A program made the translations under genes and the position numbers. From Macrostomum lignano (lineage: Eukaryota), in NCBI GenBank assembly GCA_002269645.1, contig NIVC01004484.1:1-44527 (forward strand): a DNA stretch of 44,527 bases, in the 5' to 3' direction. This document shows, piece after piece, positions 1-10,036 of this stretch (the first letter of the stretch is position 1; each line of letters opens with the position of its first letter). The notes beneath the pieces were generated by a model. The model made no database searches. It had not been told where the DNA came from and was given only the letters and a program-made list of their open reading frames with translations.

Positions 1-45
1 CACCAGAGCGCTGCATTATTTTATTTTAAATTTTCTTTTTAAAAA

Positions 46-1072
46 ATGACAGATCAGAAACTTAAAAAACTCTACTACAGCGACAAAGGATTCTTTGTAG
101 GAAAAAATGGCAGTCACCAAACTCGCAGAACTAAGTAAGGAACCAAAAGCTAAAGTAGAAAAGTGGCTCTCTAAGCAAGCTCTACAAGTCTATTTCCCAC
201 CAGTAAAATTTGAAAGGCCCCATTTCAGTATTTATAAACCTAATGAGGCGCACCAAGCAGATCTTCTGTTTCTCCCCAATGACTCGGCTACAAGTATGCT
301 CTCACAGTATAGACATTGCCCAGATATAAGGAAGCTCGCCCACTCAAGACGAAGAAGTCAGAGGTTGTTGCCAGCGCACTGCAAGATATTTATAAAACTC
401 TCCGCTCACATACCCCAAATCTTTATGACCGACCGGGTAAGGAATTCATGGGTGCAGTGAAATCCTTATGGAAAAGAAAACACAGAGATTCGCTATGGCA
501 GAACAAACTTGCACAGAGACCAGGCTTTTGTGGAAAGATTCAATCTAACTCTAGCCAAGAGGCTATTCACTAAGCAGACAGCGCAAGAACTCAAACTGAG
601 TGCGGGGCAGTACTATACCAAGTGGACAGAAAGACTCCCCACTGTTATAGAGCAACTGAACAATGAAGTCACACGCATGACTGGATTGAAACCGTCCCAT
701 GCAATTAAACAAGACACTGTCGAACTTAAGGCATCTCATAGAACAGACAACAACACGACAACCCCACACAACACGCACAACACAAAACACACCTCGAACT
801 ACCCTAAGCTTCCAGGAGTTGAATCACCATACATACTGACAAACTCTGAGTTTCTACGCTTTTTATATCTACCTGGAGAGCTAGAGAAGGACACCAAAAG
901 AAGAGCTACAGATCCATACTTCAGCCTTGATGTACATAAAATAGACAGACATTTTACCTCCGACTCCGGTGACTATTACTTTTTATCTCAGGCCTTTAAC
1001 CCTAAATCCCCCACGCGGTCATTCACTAGAGCTGAACTCCTAGTGATACCAGCTGACACAGAAATTAATTAA
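46..1072 (+). pseudogene. Maverick retroviral-type (rve, DDE) integrase, frameshifted as assembled
   Basis: ATG at 46 (MTDQKLKKLYYSDKGF) joins ORFs 107-460, 316-573 and 509-1072 across several frameshifts. Motifs PNEAHQADLLFLP (D1), GYKYAL-V-D--SRYKEARPLK, FMTDRGKEFMG (D2, needs one G restored at 435-437), HRDQAFVERFN (E), and C-terminal RRATDPYFSL...RSFTRAELLVIP. Confidence 0.9.
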
Positions 1073-1088
1073 AATATTAAAATAAAAA

Positions 1089-1532
1089 ATGACAAAGATT
1101 GAAACCAGAACCATCAATAAACTCAATAAAATCATTGAATCAAAGAAACCAGGTCTTATATCAATTAAAGGTGCAAAGTAAAATCGATCCCACGCAAGCA
1201 AATAGTTAGTGTAATGAGCAAAGACACAGCATCACAGATGAAAAGTCAGGAGGAATCCTACCATTAGCAGCTCTTATCCCAATCATTGCAGGCGCTGTAA
1301 GTGCCGCAGGTGGTGTAGCTGGAGGTGTAGCAACTGCTGTTAAAGCTGGTAATGATAGAGCCCACCAGCTTGAATTGCAAAAGATTGCAAGAGACAAAGG
1401 TATAACAATTAAGGCAGGAGAGGGCTGCCCGATCGTGATGATTGTGAGCATGAAAATTCTGTAAGCAAGTCTGACATTGTCAAAGCCATCATGACACTGC
1501 ACAATGCTGGGTTTACAATAATGCGGATGTGA
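1089..1532 (+). pseudogene. Adenovirus pX/mu-like core protein precursor (GGILPL motif), frameshifted; absent from the ORF track
   Basis: ATG at 1089 (MTKIETRTINKLNKIIESKK). The frame 1210-1464 reads KSGGILPLAALIPIIAGAVSAAGGVAGGVATAVKAG. A further shift near 1428 gives the C-terminus DRDDCEHENSVSKSDIVKAIMTLHNAGFTIMRM* ending at 1532. Confidence 0.7.
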
Positions 1533-1657
1533 TGAGGTTTAAAACCCCACTTTATCCAGCTTCATAAACCTAACGCTACTGATAGGGTGTAGAAACAGTT
1601 CAACTTTTCTATCAGGGTGGTCACCCTCAAAATTTTTTTTTTATTTTATAGAAAAAA

Positions 1658-4600
1658 ATGCCAAAAGCTAATCCAGCAAAAGATTTAGTCAACAAATATT
1701 TTTCAAAAGGCGTCTCATTTCAAGACAAAAGTAATTTACTAAGAGAAGCATGTAAACAAAAGTTTAACACCGACCCTGGTCACCTGGGAAGCTATGAAAA
1801 ACAGTTGGAAATCATCAAACAATTAGAATCCAACCAGTATGCGCCTATAAAAATCCTGCAAAGGAACACCAAGAGAGGAGTCGCAACTTAGTTAACAAAT
1901 ACGAAACTCTCACTGGTGAAAAAGCAAAGTACCCACAAAATAAGCAGGAACAAGAGAAATTAGAGCAATTAATCCATTTAAAAGAGTCGGAGCTTGCCAT
2001 TGAAGAGATTAATTTTGCACAGAGGAAGTTTACAGAACATTACATAGAGTACACAATCCCAATTAAGGATACCACCGCAAACATCTACGACTATAAAGAC
2101 AGCATCCAATCAGTTGTTGATCACACACTCAAAACACGCAAGACCTTTAAACTACAGATATCATTCAAGATTGCGTTTTATATGCCTGCGAAACCCACTG
2201 AGCATCTCGAGTATTACATGACAACAAAGGCAAAGCCATTCACACAACAGACACTGGATCCTTTCCTTCAAGATGTCAATAAGAAAATTGAAGCGTTTAC
2301 ATCCAGAGGTTCCGGATGGGTCGTGGGAGGGATTCAAAGAGCGACTGTCATGGTCATGAAATATGACCCACTTAAAGCCTCCTCTTATATAGAGCTCCCG
2401 CATAAGCTAGCCGGCAAAAAGCTTGCATAAATGTTAAAAATAAAGACAATTGCTGTGCCTATGGGCAGTTCTTTCTGCACTTCTTCATGATAGTGTCCTC
2501 ACCACCCCGAAAGAACCTCAAATTATCAAAATTATTTCAACTACTATCTCATCGAATGCGAAAAGAAGGGAATCAGGTTTGACAAAGGAGGCTTGGCGAT
2601 TTCTCAGATCCCAAAGCTAGAAGAAGTGTTTAATAACAAAATTAGAATCACAGTCTTTGAGTGGAGTGAAAAAACTGAGAAAGTTCAACCGGTCAGATGT
2701 AGCAAAGACGTTTTAGATCCTGAGGGAAAAGGCGGACTGAAGTGGATCTTCTAGTGATTGGTAATTTACTAGAGGAGGCTCACTATGTTTGGATTAAAGA
2801 TCTTTCAAGACTCATTCACAAGCAGTTGAATAATCATCACGAGGCTGTTGCCATCTGCCGCTTGTGCCTTAAGCATTACAGTGGACCTGAACGCTTTGAA
2901 AAACTAACAGAGCATGAATTATCATGCGAGGATCACCCGACAAACTGCTCTCTTCCTTCAGCTGAAGAGAAGTATCTCCGGTTTAAGAACTATCACAAGA
3001 TGGAGAAGCTCCCATTTGTTGTATATGCTGATTTCGAATGCTCAATCGTGCCGAAACTCAAAAAAAACTCCAACTCAAAAACATGTCCCCAATTCAGTAG
3101 CATATGCCTTTATTAATACAAAAGGACTTGTTGAGTATAATTATTTCTTTGGAGAGCAGTGTGTGGAGCAGTTTATTGCCAGAATGTTAGAGTTGCAAAA
3201 AGTGATTAGCACCCTTCAACCTGTTCCAATAATGATGACTGAGGAGGATGAAAATTTCCTATCAGCAACTCATTGCCACATCTGCAGGAAACATTTAACT
3301 TGCACTGATATTAAAAACCCCACCGTTAGGGACCACTGCCACTTTACTGGGAAATTTAGAGGTGCAGCGCATAACACCTGTAATCTAAAGCTAAAATCGA
3401 ACATTCATGATCTAACGATATTTTGTCACAACGCAAAGAACTATGACATGCATTTAATAGTTGAAAAAATCGGCATGATTCCAGACATACACCTTGATTG
3501 CATCGCAGAGAACAAGGAGAAGTTTAAGTGTGTTGATATTAAACAGGATAATTCGGGTACAGGTAAAATAAGACTGAAGGATTCATATCAATTTCTAGCT
3601 GCCAGTCTAGACGAACTAAGCAAGAATCTAAAAGATGAACAATGTACATATACAAAGATGTTTGCAAGTAAAATTAACAACAGTGATGAATCATTTAAAC
3701 TCCTGAGAACCAAAGGCTTCTACCCCTATGAAAATATTACTGGGTATCACGTATTTGAAGAAGGTTTACCACCACAGGAGAAGTTCTTTTCAAAGCTAAC
3801 AGACTCTGGAATCTCTGACAAAGACTATGAGCACGCGAAGCATGTCTATAATTACTTTAATTGTCAAAACTTCTTCCAGTATCACCTGCTTTACCTCTTC
3901 ACAGATGTGTTTCTGCTGGCCGATGTGTTTGAAACCTTCAGATACACCTGGTACACAGCATATGGCCTCGATCCAGCACATTATGTGTCTCTGCCTGCCA
4001 CTAGCTGGGAATCTTTGCTTAAAATGAAATGGGATCAAGATCCAGATTGGTACATTGAACTTCTTACAGACATTGACATGTACAATTTTGTCGAATCGTC
4101 AAAGCGAGGGGGAATCTCAATTTGCACATATGCAAAAGCAAACAACCCTACATTGATCTTACAATAAGGAGCAGCCCTCAAACTACATTACTTACTTGGA
4201 CGCTAATAATCTCTACGGGTGGGCGATGAGTCAAGATCTTCCAGTTAGAGATTTTCGATGGCTACCCTCATCAGAATTCAAACAGGACTTTTCATTGGCT
4301 GCCATTTATGAGGTTGATGTTTACATTCCACCAGAGCTTCACGACTATTTCTCTGACTTTCCACCCTTCCCAGAGAACATCAAGTGCCCGAAAATAATCG
4401 AAACTCCCAATGATAATAATGGAACTTGGCACCTGTCAGGAACAGAAAAAGAACATACAGAAAACTAACACAGAATCTAAACAACAAGACACGTTACAAA
4501 ATCCATTACAAACTGCTTCAGTATTTTATCTCACTTGGTTGCAGGGTCACCAAAGTTCACAGGGCTCTTACATTTACAGAGGAAGCGTGGATGAAACCCT

Positions 4601-5498
4601 ACATTGATAAGAATACCCAGTTTAGGACCAAAGCAACCAACGACTTTGACAAGAACCTCTTTAAGTTGGCCAACAACTCTGTCTATGGCAAGACTCTTGA
4701 GAATGAGCGGAAAAGAACAAACCTGAAACTTGTTACCTCATCAGAGCCTGCTGTTATTCAGGCAAATATGTCAAAGCCAACATTCAAAGAACTCCATATC
4801 TTTAATAGCTACTTAGGTGTGATCATATTTTACAAAACCAAGGTGACGCTGCGCAAGCCGATCTATACAGGTGTCACTGTACTCGACGAATCAAAACGTC
4901 TGATGTACCAGTTCTTCTATGGCATGAAGCAGCAGTACAAGGATAAAATGAAACTCTTGTACACTGACACAGACAGTTTTATTATGGACATTCAAACAGA
5001 AGACATTTATCAGGACATGCTGCAGCAAAAAGATTTGTTTGACTTGTCTGAGTATGATGAATCTTTCAGGACACAGAATGGCGATCAAGTGTTTGACGCC
5101 ACTAACAAGAAAGTGATTGGGAAAATGAAGGACGAGATTGCTGGTGACATAATCACTGAATTCATTGGGTTGAGAGCAAAGTCCTATTTTGTAAAATGTG
5201 AGTCGTCAGACCCAATTAAAAAATCAAAGGGAATTCCGAAACGTGTGGTTAGGAAGGAAATTAATGAAGCTGAATACAGAGACGCCTTGAATTGCAACAA
5301 AAAGACATCACATGAGTTCTCAAAGCTACAATCTAAAAACCATATTATTCACACAATTCAGCAAAAGAAGATTGGACTGTCAGGTGCAGATAACAAAGAT
5401 TCATTTTTGATGACAACATTAACAGTCTACCGTTCGGGCACTGGAGATTAGGTTTAGGAGGTGGAGTTAGATTCGGGCACTGTAGATTAGGAGATTAG
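1658..5498 (+). pseudogene. Protein-primed family B DNA polymerase (pPolB) with N-terminal terminal-protein region, frameshifted as assembled
   Basis: Pieces 1658-1891, 1880s-2430, ~2430-2740, 2742-3116, 2914-4167, 4196-4468 and 4426-5451, plus a final shifted tail (DNKRFIFDDNINSLPFGH... stop 5498). Motifs VVYADFEC (ExoI), FCHNAKNYDMHLI (ExoII), YLFTDVFLLADVFE (ExoIII), YLDANNLYGWAMSQ (PolA), KLANNSVYGKT (PolB), LYTDTDSF (PolC), KVIGKMKDE, FIGLRAKSY. Confidence 0.95.
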
Positions 5499-5555
5499 GA
5501 GGTTGGGTTTAGATTTAAGAGAAAGTTTAATAAACCTCATAAAAATGACATAAAA

Positions 5556-5957
5556 ATGACGACAAATAACTTTCTTGAAGATTTGGCTAACGAACTGGAA
5601 ATCCCAAACTTTAGAGGAATATTTATGAGGGACACTCTGCCTGATTTTCCTCTAAGAAAGGAATGCGGCATCATGAACTTTGACACCACCGATAAGCCAG
5701 GATCTCATTGGGTTTGCTGGGTGATTGATCCCGATCGCAAGCACAAGTGTTATTACTTCGATAGCTATGGGACGGCAGTACCAGAAGAGCTAAGAAATTA
5801 TATGAAGGGGAAAAATAATAAAAAAAATTATCGCTCAGACTTTATTCTCCAAGGTCTTAGCAGTGATATTTGCGGTGAGCTGTGCATGACTGTTTTGTAT
5901 GCAATGACCAAAACACGAAAGACCTACAAGGAAATTATTCTTGGCTGTGTTTCATAG
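5556..5957 (+). CDS. Adenain-like (C5) cysteine maturation protease
   Basis: GIMNFD...GSHWVCW (His), YYFDSYG (Asp), ILQGLSSDICGELC (Gln and Cys). Intact 133-aa ORF in the usual Maverick position after pPolB. Confidence 0.92.
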   Translation: MTTNNFLEDLANELEIPNFRGIFMRDTLPDFPLRKECGIMNFDTTDKPGSHWVCWVIDPDRKHKCYYFDSYGTAVPEELRNYMKGKNNKKNYRSDFILQGLSSDICGELCMTVLYAMTKTRKTYKEIILGCVS

Positions 5958-5961
5958 GGGT

Positions 5962-6620
5962 TCATTGTGCATTTCTCGTCGTCCTTCTTGCCGAATTTCT
6001 TGCCGACTTTCTTTCCACATAATGTTGAAAAACTTTCTCGAGTTCATTTTTCAGCTGACTCATGTCATCAGTACCGACCATGTTCAAGTTCATTCGAATT
6101 GATTGTTCATAAAGATCCTGAATGGTTTTGAACTCATCCTCTGAAATGAACTTATCCTCGATTGCCCTTGAAATGTACCCTATGATTGAAGTGTGCACCC
6201 CTTTCTCTTTTACTTGCTTCTCCTGTAGCTGCTTTAGTTTTTTTCGCCTGTTTCGCGCTACTGCTCCAGTAATTGCTGAAATAAGTCCACATGCAGCACC
6301 CACAGAGCCGAGCGGGATTGCGATTGGGGCTGTGATGGCTGGCAACACTGAGACAGCTGCAGCAGATCCAGATAGAACAGACACAGATCCTAGAATCATA
6401 TTGCTGTAGTCGAAAAATTTACAGTGGTTGTCATAGCGCTTAATTTTCTTTGTGTTGTGGAAAATATTTTTTTCAAGATCATCTCGCATTTTTTGAATCT
6501 CCACCAGTCGAAACTGTTGAGAGTTACAAGTAATGACGGGGTAGAGTTTTTGTTGCTCATATTGGGTGCACTAGGTGTTGTGGGAGCGTTCGGATCATAA
6601 AGAGAGTTTTGAGCATCCAT
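5962..6620 (-). CDS. Conserved Maverick hydrophobic/membrane-active protein (one frameshift near the 5' end)
   Basis: ATG at 6620 (MDAQNSLY..P..PSAP) joins the frame QQFRLVEIQKMRDDLEK (ORF 5962-6504). Long Gly/Ala-rich hydrophobic hairpin (ILGSVSVLSGSAAAVSVLPAITAPIAIPLGSVGAACGLISAITGAV), then a basic segment and ISRAIEDKFISEDEF, a pattern I recognise from Maverick proteins. Confidence 0.65.
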
Positions 6621-6727
6621 TTTTTAGGGAATTTTTAAAAAAAATCGGCAACTAGTTGGTGGTGGTTAGATTTGTTTTACGGTTGATTGCTTCGTCTGCA
6701 GTGACGGCAACAGGTCTCTGAATCTGC

Positions 6728-7458
6728 CTATTCATTATCTGTGAGCTCCATTCTACGCATGATCTCAAACAAGTCGGTTGGATCACTTGTTTCCCTTGTG
6801 GTCTGTGGTGCCTCTTCAGCGTCAATGTTTTTGAGATTATGCAAGCGTTCAAGACGACCGATTCTTCTCACCGATTTCTGCCATTCGGTAAAAACTAAAT
6901 CTACAAAGACTTTATTTGCAGTAATTCTTACTTTGATTTGATCATGCAACGCTGTTGACTGAGTCATGAACTCTTCTAAATTCCTCACTTTACCTGTGTT
7001 GGTTGCTACGTTTCTCTAATTCTATCATGCAATGCTGTTGACTGGTTCATGAACTCTTCTAAATTCCTCACTTTAACTGTGTTTGTGAAAACTCCTTCTT
7101 CAAGAATGCGCATCCGCCTATCAATGGAGTTTCTCAGAAGATTAACTGTCGATCTCAAGCCGTTGATTAGCGAGACTATCGAAGTTATTTCTGACCTTAG
7201 TTCATTAGTTGCGTTTAACAACGGCACATAAAGCTTATCACTTTCAAACTTCTGCCTAGCTACTTTAAGCCTGAGATCTTCCATGTTTATTTGCAACTGG
7301 TGCATGGAGCGCTCTAATTGTTTCAGTCTGTTTTTATTCAGTTTGATCTCTGGGATCTTTTCGTCGCTGTTGATATATCGCCTGTCAAGGATGGATATCT
7401 GAGCTGATGTAAGAGCGCTGTTGCCAGAAATGGATTCACCTGCAAAGTTTATCGACAT
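6728..7458 (-). CDS. Coiled-coil fibre/spike-like protein (ORFs 7006-7458 and 6728-6988 joined by one restored base)
   Basis: N-terminus MSINFAGES resembles the MSVD(I/V)FGRS starts of Maverick fibre-like proteins. Heptad-rich sequence. A 28-aa internal duplication (NT-KVRNLEEFM-QSTALHD-I) is spaced 83 nt apart, one short of 84. Confidence 0.55.
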
Positions 7459-7474
7459 CTTTTAATAGCAAATT

Positions 7475-8275
7475 TTAAATTACAGTTCTTTTTTCTTTGC
7501 TGATAATCACAAACTGGTAAGGCTGATTCCACTTGTCATAGCAAAGATTAACGAATTCCTCTTGTGAAATCTTTCTGCTTGAGTTTTTTGTTGGATTTAT
7601 GAAATAGGCAGGCGCAATGACCTCATTGTAAAATCTTTTTAGCCTGTCCTGTGGAATGGTTGGAAACAGGAGAATCAGATTGCAGTTCCCACGAATTGTT
7701 TTGTTCGGGAGCTCGAACCAATTCTGTGCAATGTAAATTACATTGCAATTGTTATGTCGCCCTCTTGTAAAATAGTTTTCTATCTGCTTCTGTGGGCCTG
7801 TCATACAATCATCAAAGACGATCAAATGCTTTCTCCCCTTTTCTAGCTCATCTGGTTGGGGTAGAAGTTTGGTCTTTGGATCAGCCTGTGGATCTCCATA
7901 GGTGAACACTTTAATGTTCTGCCATTTTTCATTGTCTTTGAGGTGCTTTGCATATTCAGCAGCTACAATTTCAGGGTTACTGGGAAGGCTCATTTGGTTA
8001 TTAAAACATGCAATAATGTCCTCTTTGTGCAGTTTGTTTTGCAATCCAGAAATCAACATTTTATACTCATCTTGATACAGTGTGGGAGAGTAGATGTGCA
8101 GAGTGTCATAGTCGATAAAGCCAGGTCTAAGAAGCATGTTAAAGACTCTGAATGTTTTACCTGAACCTGATGAACCAACAACAATGCATCTGAAGTGACT
8201 CGGAATTGACTCGTGATGAGAAAACTTAATCTGATTACGCGTCCAGTGAGGATTGAAGTCGTTTGAAAAGTCCAT
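7475..8275 (-). CDS. A32-like FtsK/HerA DNA packaging ATPase
   Basis: Walker A GSSGSGKT, Walker B LIVFDD, arginine finger FTRGRHNN, IYIAQNWFELP. Likely true start ATG at 8275 (MDFSNDFNP) after an AAAAA leader; the extension to 8368 only translates a tandem repeat. Confidence 0.93.
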   Translation of the reverse strand: MDFSNDFNPHWTRNQIKFSHHESIPSHFRCIVVGSSGSGKTFRVFNMLLRPGFIDYDTLHIYSPTLYQDEYKMLISGLQNKLHKEDIIACFNNQMSLPSNPEIVAAEYAKHLKDNEKWQNIKVFTYGDPQADPKTKLLPQPDELEKGRKHLIVFDDCMTGPQKQIENYFTRGRHNNCNVIYIAQNWFELPNKTIRGNCNLILLFPTIPQDRLKRFYNEVIAPAYFINPTKNSSRKISQEEFVNLCYDKWNQPYQFVIISKEKRTVI

Positions 8276-8313
8276 TTTTTCTATGATGAAAAAAAATTTA
8301 AATAATAAATAAT

Positions 8314-8376
8314 TTAGATGTGTCATTTTGGGACTTAGATGTGTCATTTCGGGACTTAGATGTGTCATTTTGGGAC
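8314..8376. repeat. 21-bp direct repeat x3 (TTAGATGTGTCATTTTGGGAC) upstream of the ATPase
   Basis: Copies start at 8314, 8335 and 8356, with one substitution in copy 2. Confidence 0.9.
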
Positions 8377-8403
8377 TAGTCTTGTACCCTCGGAAAGTAC
8401 CCT

Positions 8404-8793
8404 TTAGTCAAATTTGAAACCACTTCCTTTTTTAATGCTAGCTCTCATCTTCTCATAGACTGCAGGGTCCACACTGTCTGGATTTGGGGCCAATGGAGCC
8501 AGCGGGGCCAGTGGAGGCTGAATCTCTTGTTTAGGTGTTACAGTATCCTTTATCTTTTTGGCTGCTGTGGCTACACTGCCAGCCGCTTCGGCAACGTTCT
8601 TGATGTTCTCTTTGTTCTCTCCAATGACCTTAAAAATCTTGGCCCCCTGAGCGATCAAATCGGCAAGGCCATTCCCAGAGCGTTCTTTTCTTGGATAGTG
8701 GCCTGCAGGGAAAAGTCCAGATCCGCGTTTAATAAGATTAAGTTCCTCTTTGTCATAGTATTTGTCAATGTCTTTCTCAAAAATAATTGGCAT
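8404..8793 (-). CDS. Small Maverick core/lytic-type protein with three GxG motifs
   Basis: Probable start MPIIFEKD (ATG 8793 after AAAA). KRGSG, RSGNG and terminal KKGSGFKFD motifs, the amphipathic stretch LADLIAQGAKIFKVIG, and a Pro-rich segment. Confidence 0.65.
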   Translation of the reverse strand: MPIIFEKDIDKYYDKEELNLIKRGSGLFPAGHYPRKERSGNGLADLIAQGAKIFKVIGENKENIKNVAEAAGSVATAAKKIKDTVTPKQEIQPPLAPLAPLAPNPDSVDPAVYEKMRASIKKGSGFKFD

Positions 8794-8809
8794 TTTTACT
8801 TGAAATAAA

Positions 8810-10006
8810 TTATTTTTTGTTGAACCGCGAAAGCAGAAGCTCTCTCGCCCTCTTATCGATGTATTTTCTCTCAAGCATTTTGTTCAGAATGTTGACAAAT
8901 TCTTTTCTATTCTCGTCTTTCATTCCGGTCTTTGCCGCTCCTAGAAGAACCGCTACTCGCTTGTAGATTTCAGCTATTCCTTTTCCAGATTTGGGTGGTT
9001 GGTCTTGGGGTTGTGGAGTTGGTTGGGCTTGTGGCTGCTGGGGAGGTGATCCAAAAGACTGCTCACTTTCAGAGATGGAACTGTCATGTGGCGCCTGTCT
9101 TTGTTGAGGTGTGAAAACTCTTTGATTGATTCTATTCATTCGATCTGGGGAGATATTTTCTAGTTGTTGCCAATCTGTTGGGTTTTGTTTCTTATATTCA
9201 GCTACTTGAGTCGGATCTGCATTTTCCAGTTGCCTGAGTACTTCTGTGAAATGTTGCTGCTGCTGTGGTTGTGGTTGTTGTTGCTGTTGTTGTTGTTGTT
9301 CTAGATATTTTATGACTTCCGCCTGATCTGGCAAATCGAACCATTGTTTAAAGTGTTTGTACTTTTTGAATCTAGTCAGGTTGACACCGTTATCATACAT
9401 AAGTCTCAGGACTTCTGGGGCCTTTAGTATTTCTATATCTCTAGCAAGAGCAAAAGTCACTAGATCTCTATAGTTCTTTAGCTGTTTGTCCGAGATTCTC
9501 TCTTGGTTCTTGGTCATAAAAGTCAGTAAGGTTTCTGTGAAAGGAATGCTCTTAGTTTCCGAGCCTTTGACAACAGAAATATGTTTCTTATTTATGTCGA
9601 TATAATATTCCACTGGTTCATTATAAATGTTTTTTCTCCACATACTTATTCCAAATACATATTTCCCATCATGTTCGACACGCTCTACTGGTCCAAAAAT
9701 GTTATCTGTCACTTTTAGTTGTGATTGATGTGGTTGTGGTTGTTGTGGTTGCGGCTGTATCTGTGGTGCTTCTGGAATTTTGCCCAAAATCTTTTGCACT
9801 TGGGTTTCCTGTATGTCGTCGATAGTTTCTTTGACCTGATCAATATTTTTCTTAGCTTCTCCATACCCGGGTTTATGAAACTCTGTGGCTGCTTGGACAA
9901 ACTCATTGTAGGATTGTTGCTCCTTATTTATTAGCCCGGTAACTCGTTTCTCTGCTTGTGCTAGCTTCTCCAATTCAGATATCTGCTGTGTACTTTTCCG
10001 CTTCAT
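8810..10006 (-). CDS. Q/P-rich 398-aa Maverick conserved hypothetical protein (possibly PZ-like)
   Basis: Intact long ORF. N-terminal coiled coil, polyQ/QP tracts, and C-terminal KSGKG...VLLGAAKTG...EFVNILNKMLERKYI resembling the conserved tail of a Maverick core protein. Confidence 0.7.
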   Translation of the reverse strand: MKRKSTQQISELEKLAQAEKRVTGLINKEQQSYNEFVQAATEFHKPGYGEAKKNIDQVKETIDDIQETQVQKILGKIPEAPQIQPQPQQPQPHQSQLKVTDNIFGPVERVEHDGKYVFGISMWRKNIYNEPVEYYIDINKKHISVVKGSETKSIPFTETLLTFMTKNQERISDKQLKNYRDLVTFALARDIEILKAPEVLRLMYDNGVNLTRFKKYKHFKQWFDLPDQAEVIKYLEQQQQQQQQPQPQQQQHFTEVLRQLENADPTQVAEYKKQNPTDWQQLENISPDRMNRINQRVFTPQQRQAPHDSSISESEQSFGSPPQQPQAQPTPQPQDQPPKSGKGIAEIYKRVAVLLGAAKTGMKDENRKEFVNILNKMLERKYIDKRARELLLSRFNKK

Positions 10007-10036
10007 TTCTTATTTTATTTTATTTTTAGTTAAAAA

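Noticed and set aside
1206-1502. Minus-strand 98-aa ORF
   Set aside because: It is the antisense shadow of the pX-like gene on the + strand.
5433-5491. 20-bp direct repeat TTCGGGCACTG(G/T)AGATTAGG at the pPolB end as a regulatory signal
   Set aside because: It is most simply a small duplication of the last codons (FGHWRLG/FGHCRLG).
8276-8368. N-terminal extension of the ATPase (MTHLSP repeats)
   Set aside because: It is a read-through of the 21-bp repeat and T-tract; ATG 8275 has the element-wide AAAAA-ATG context.
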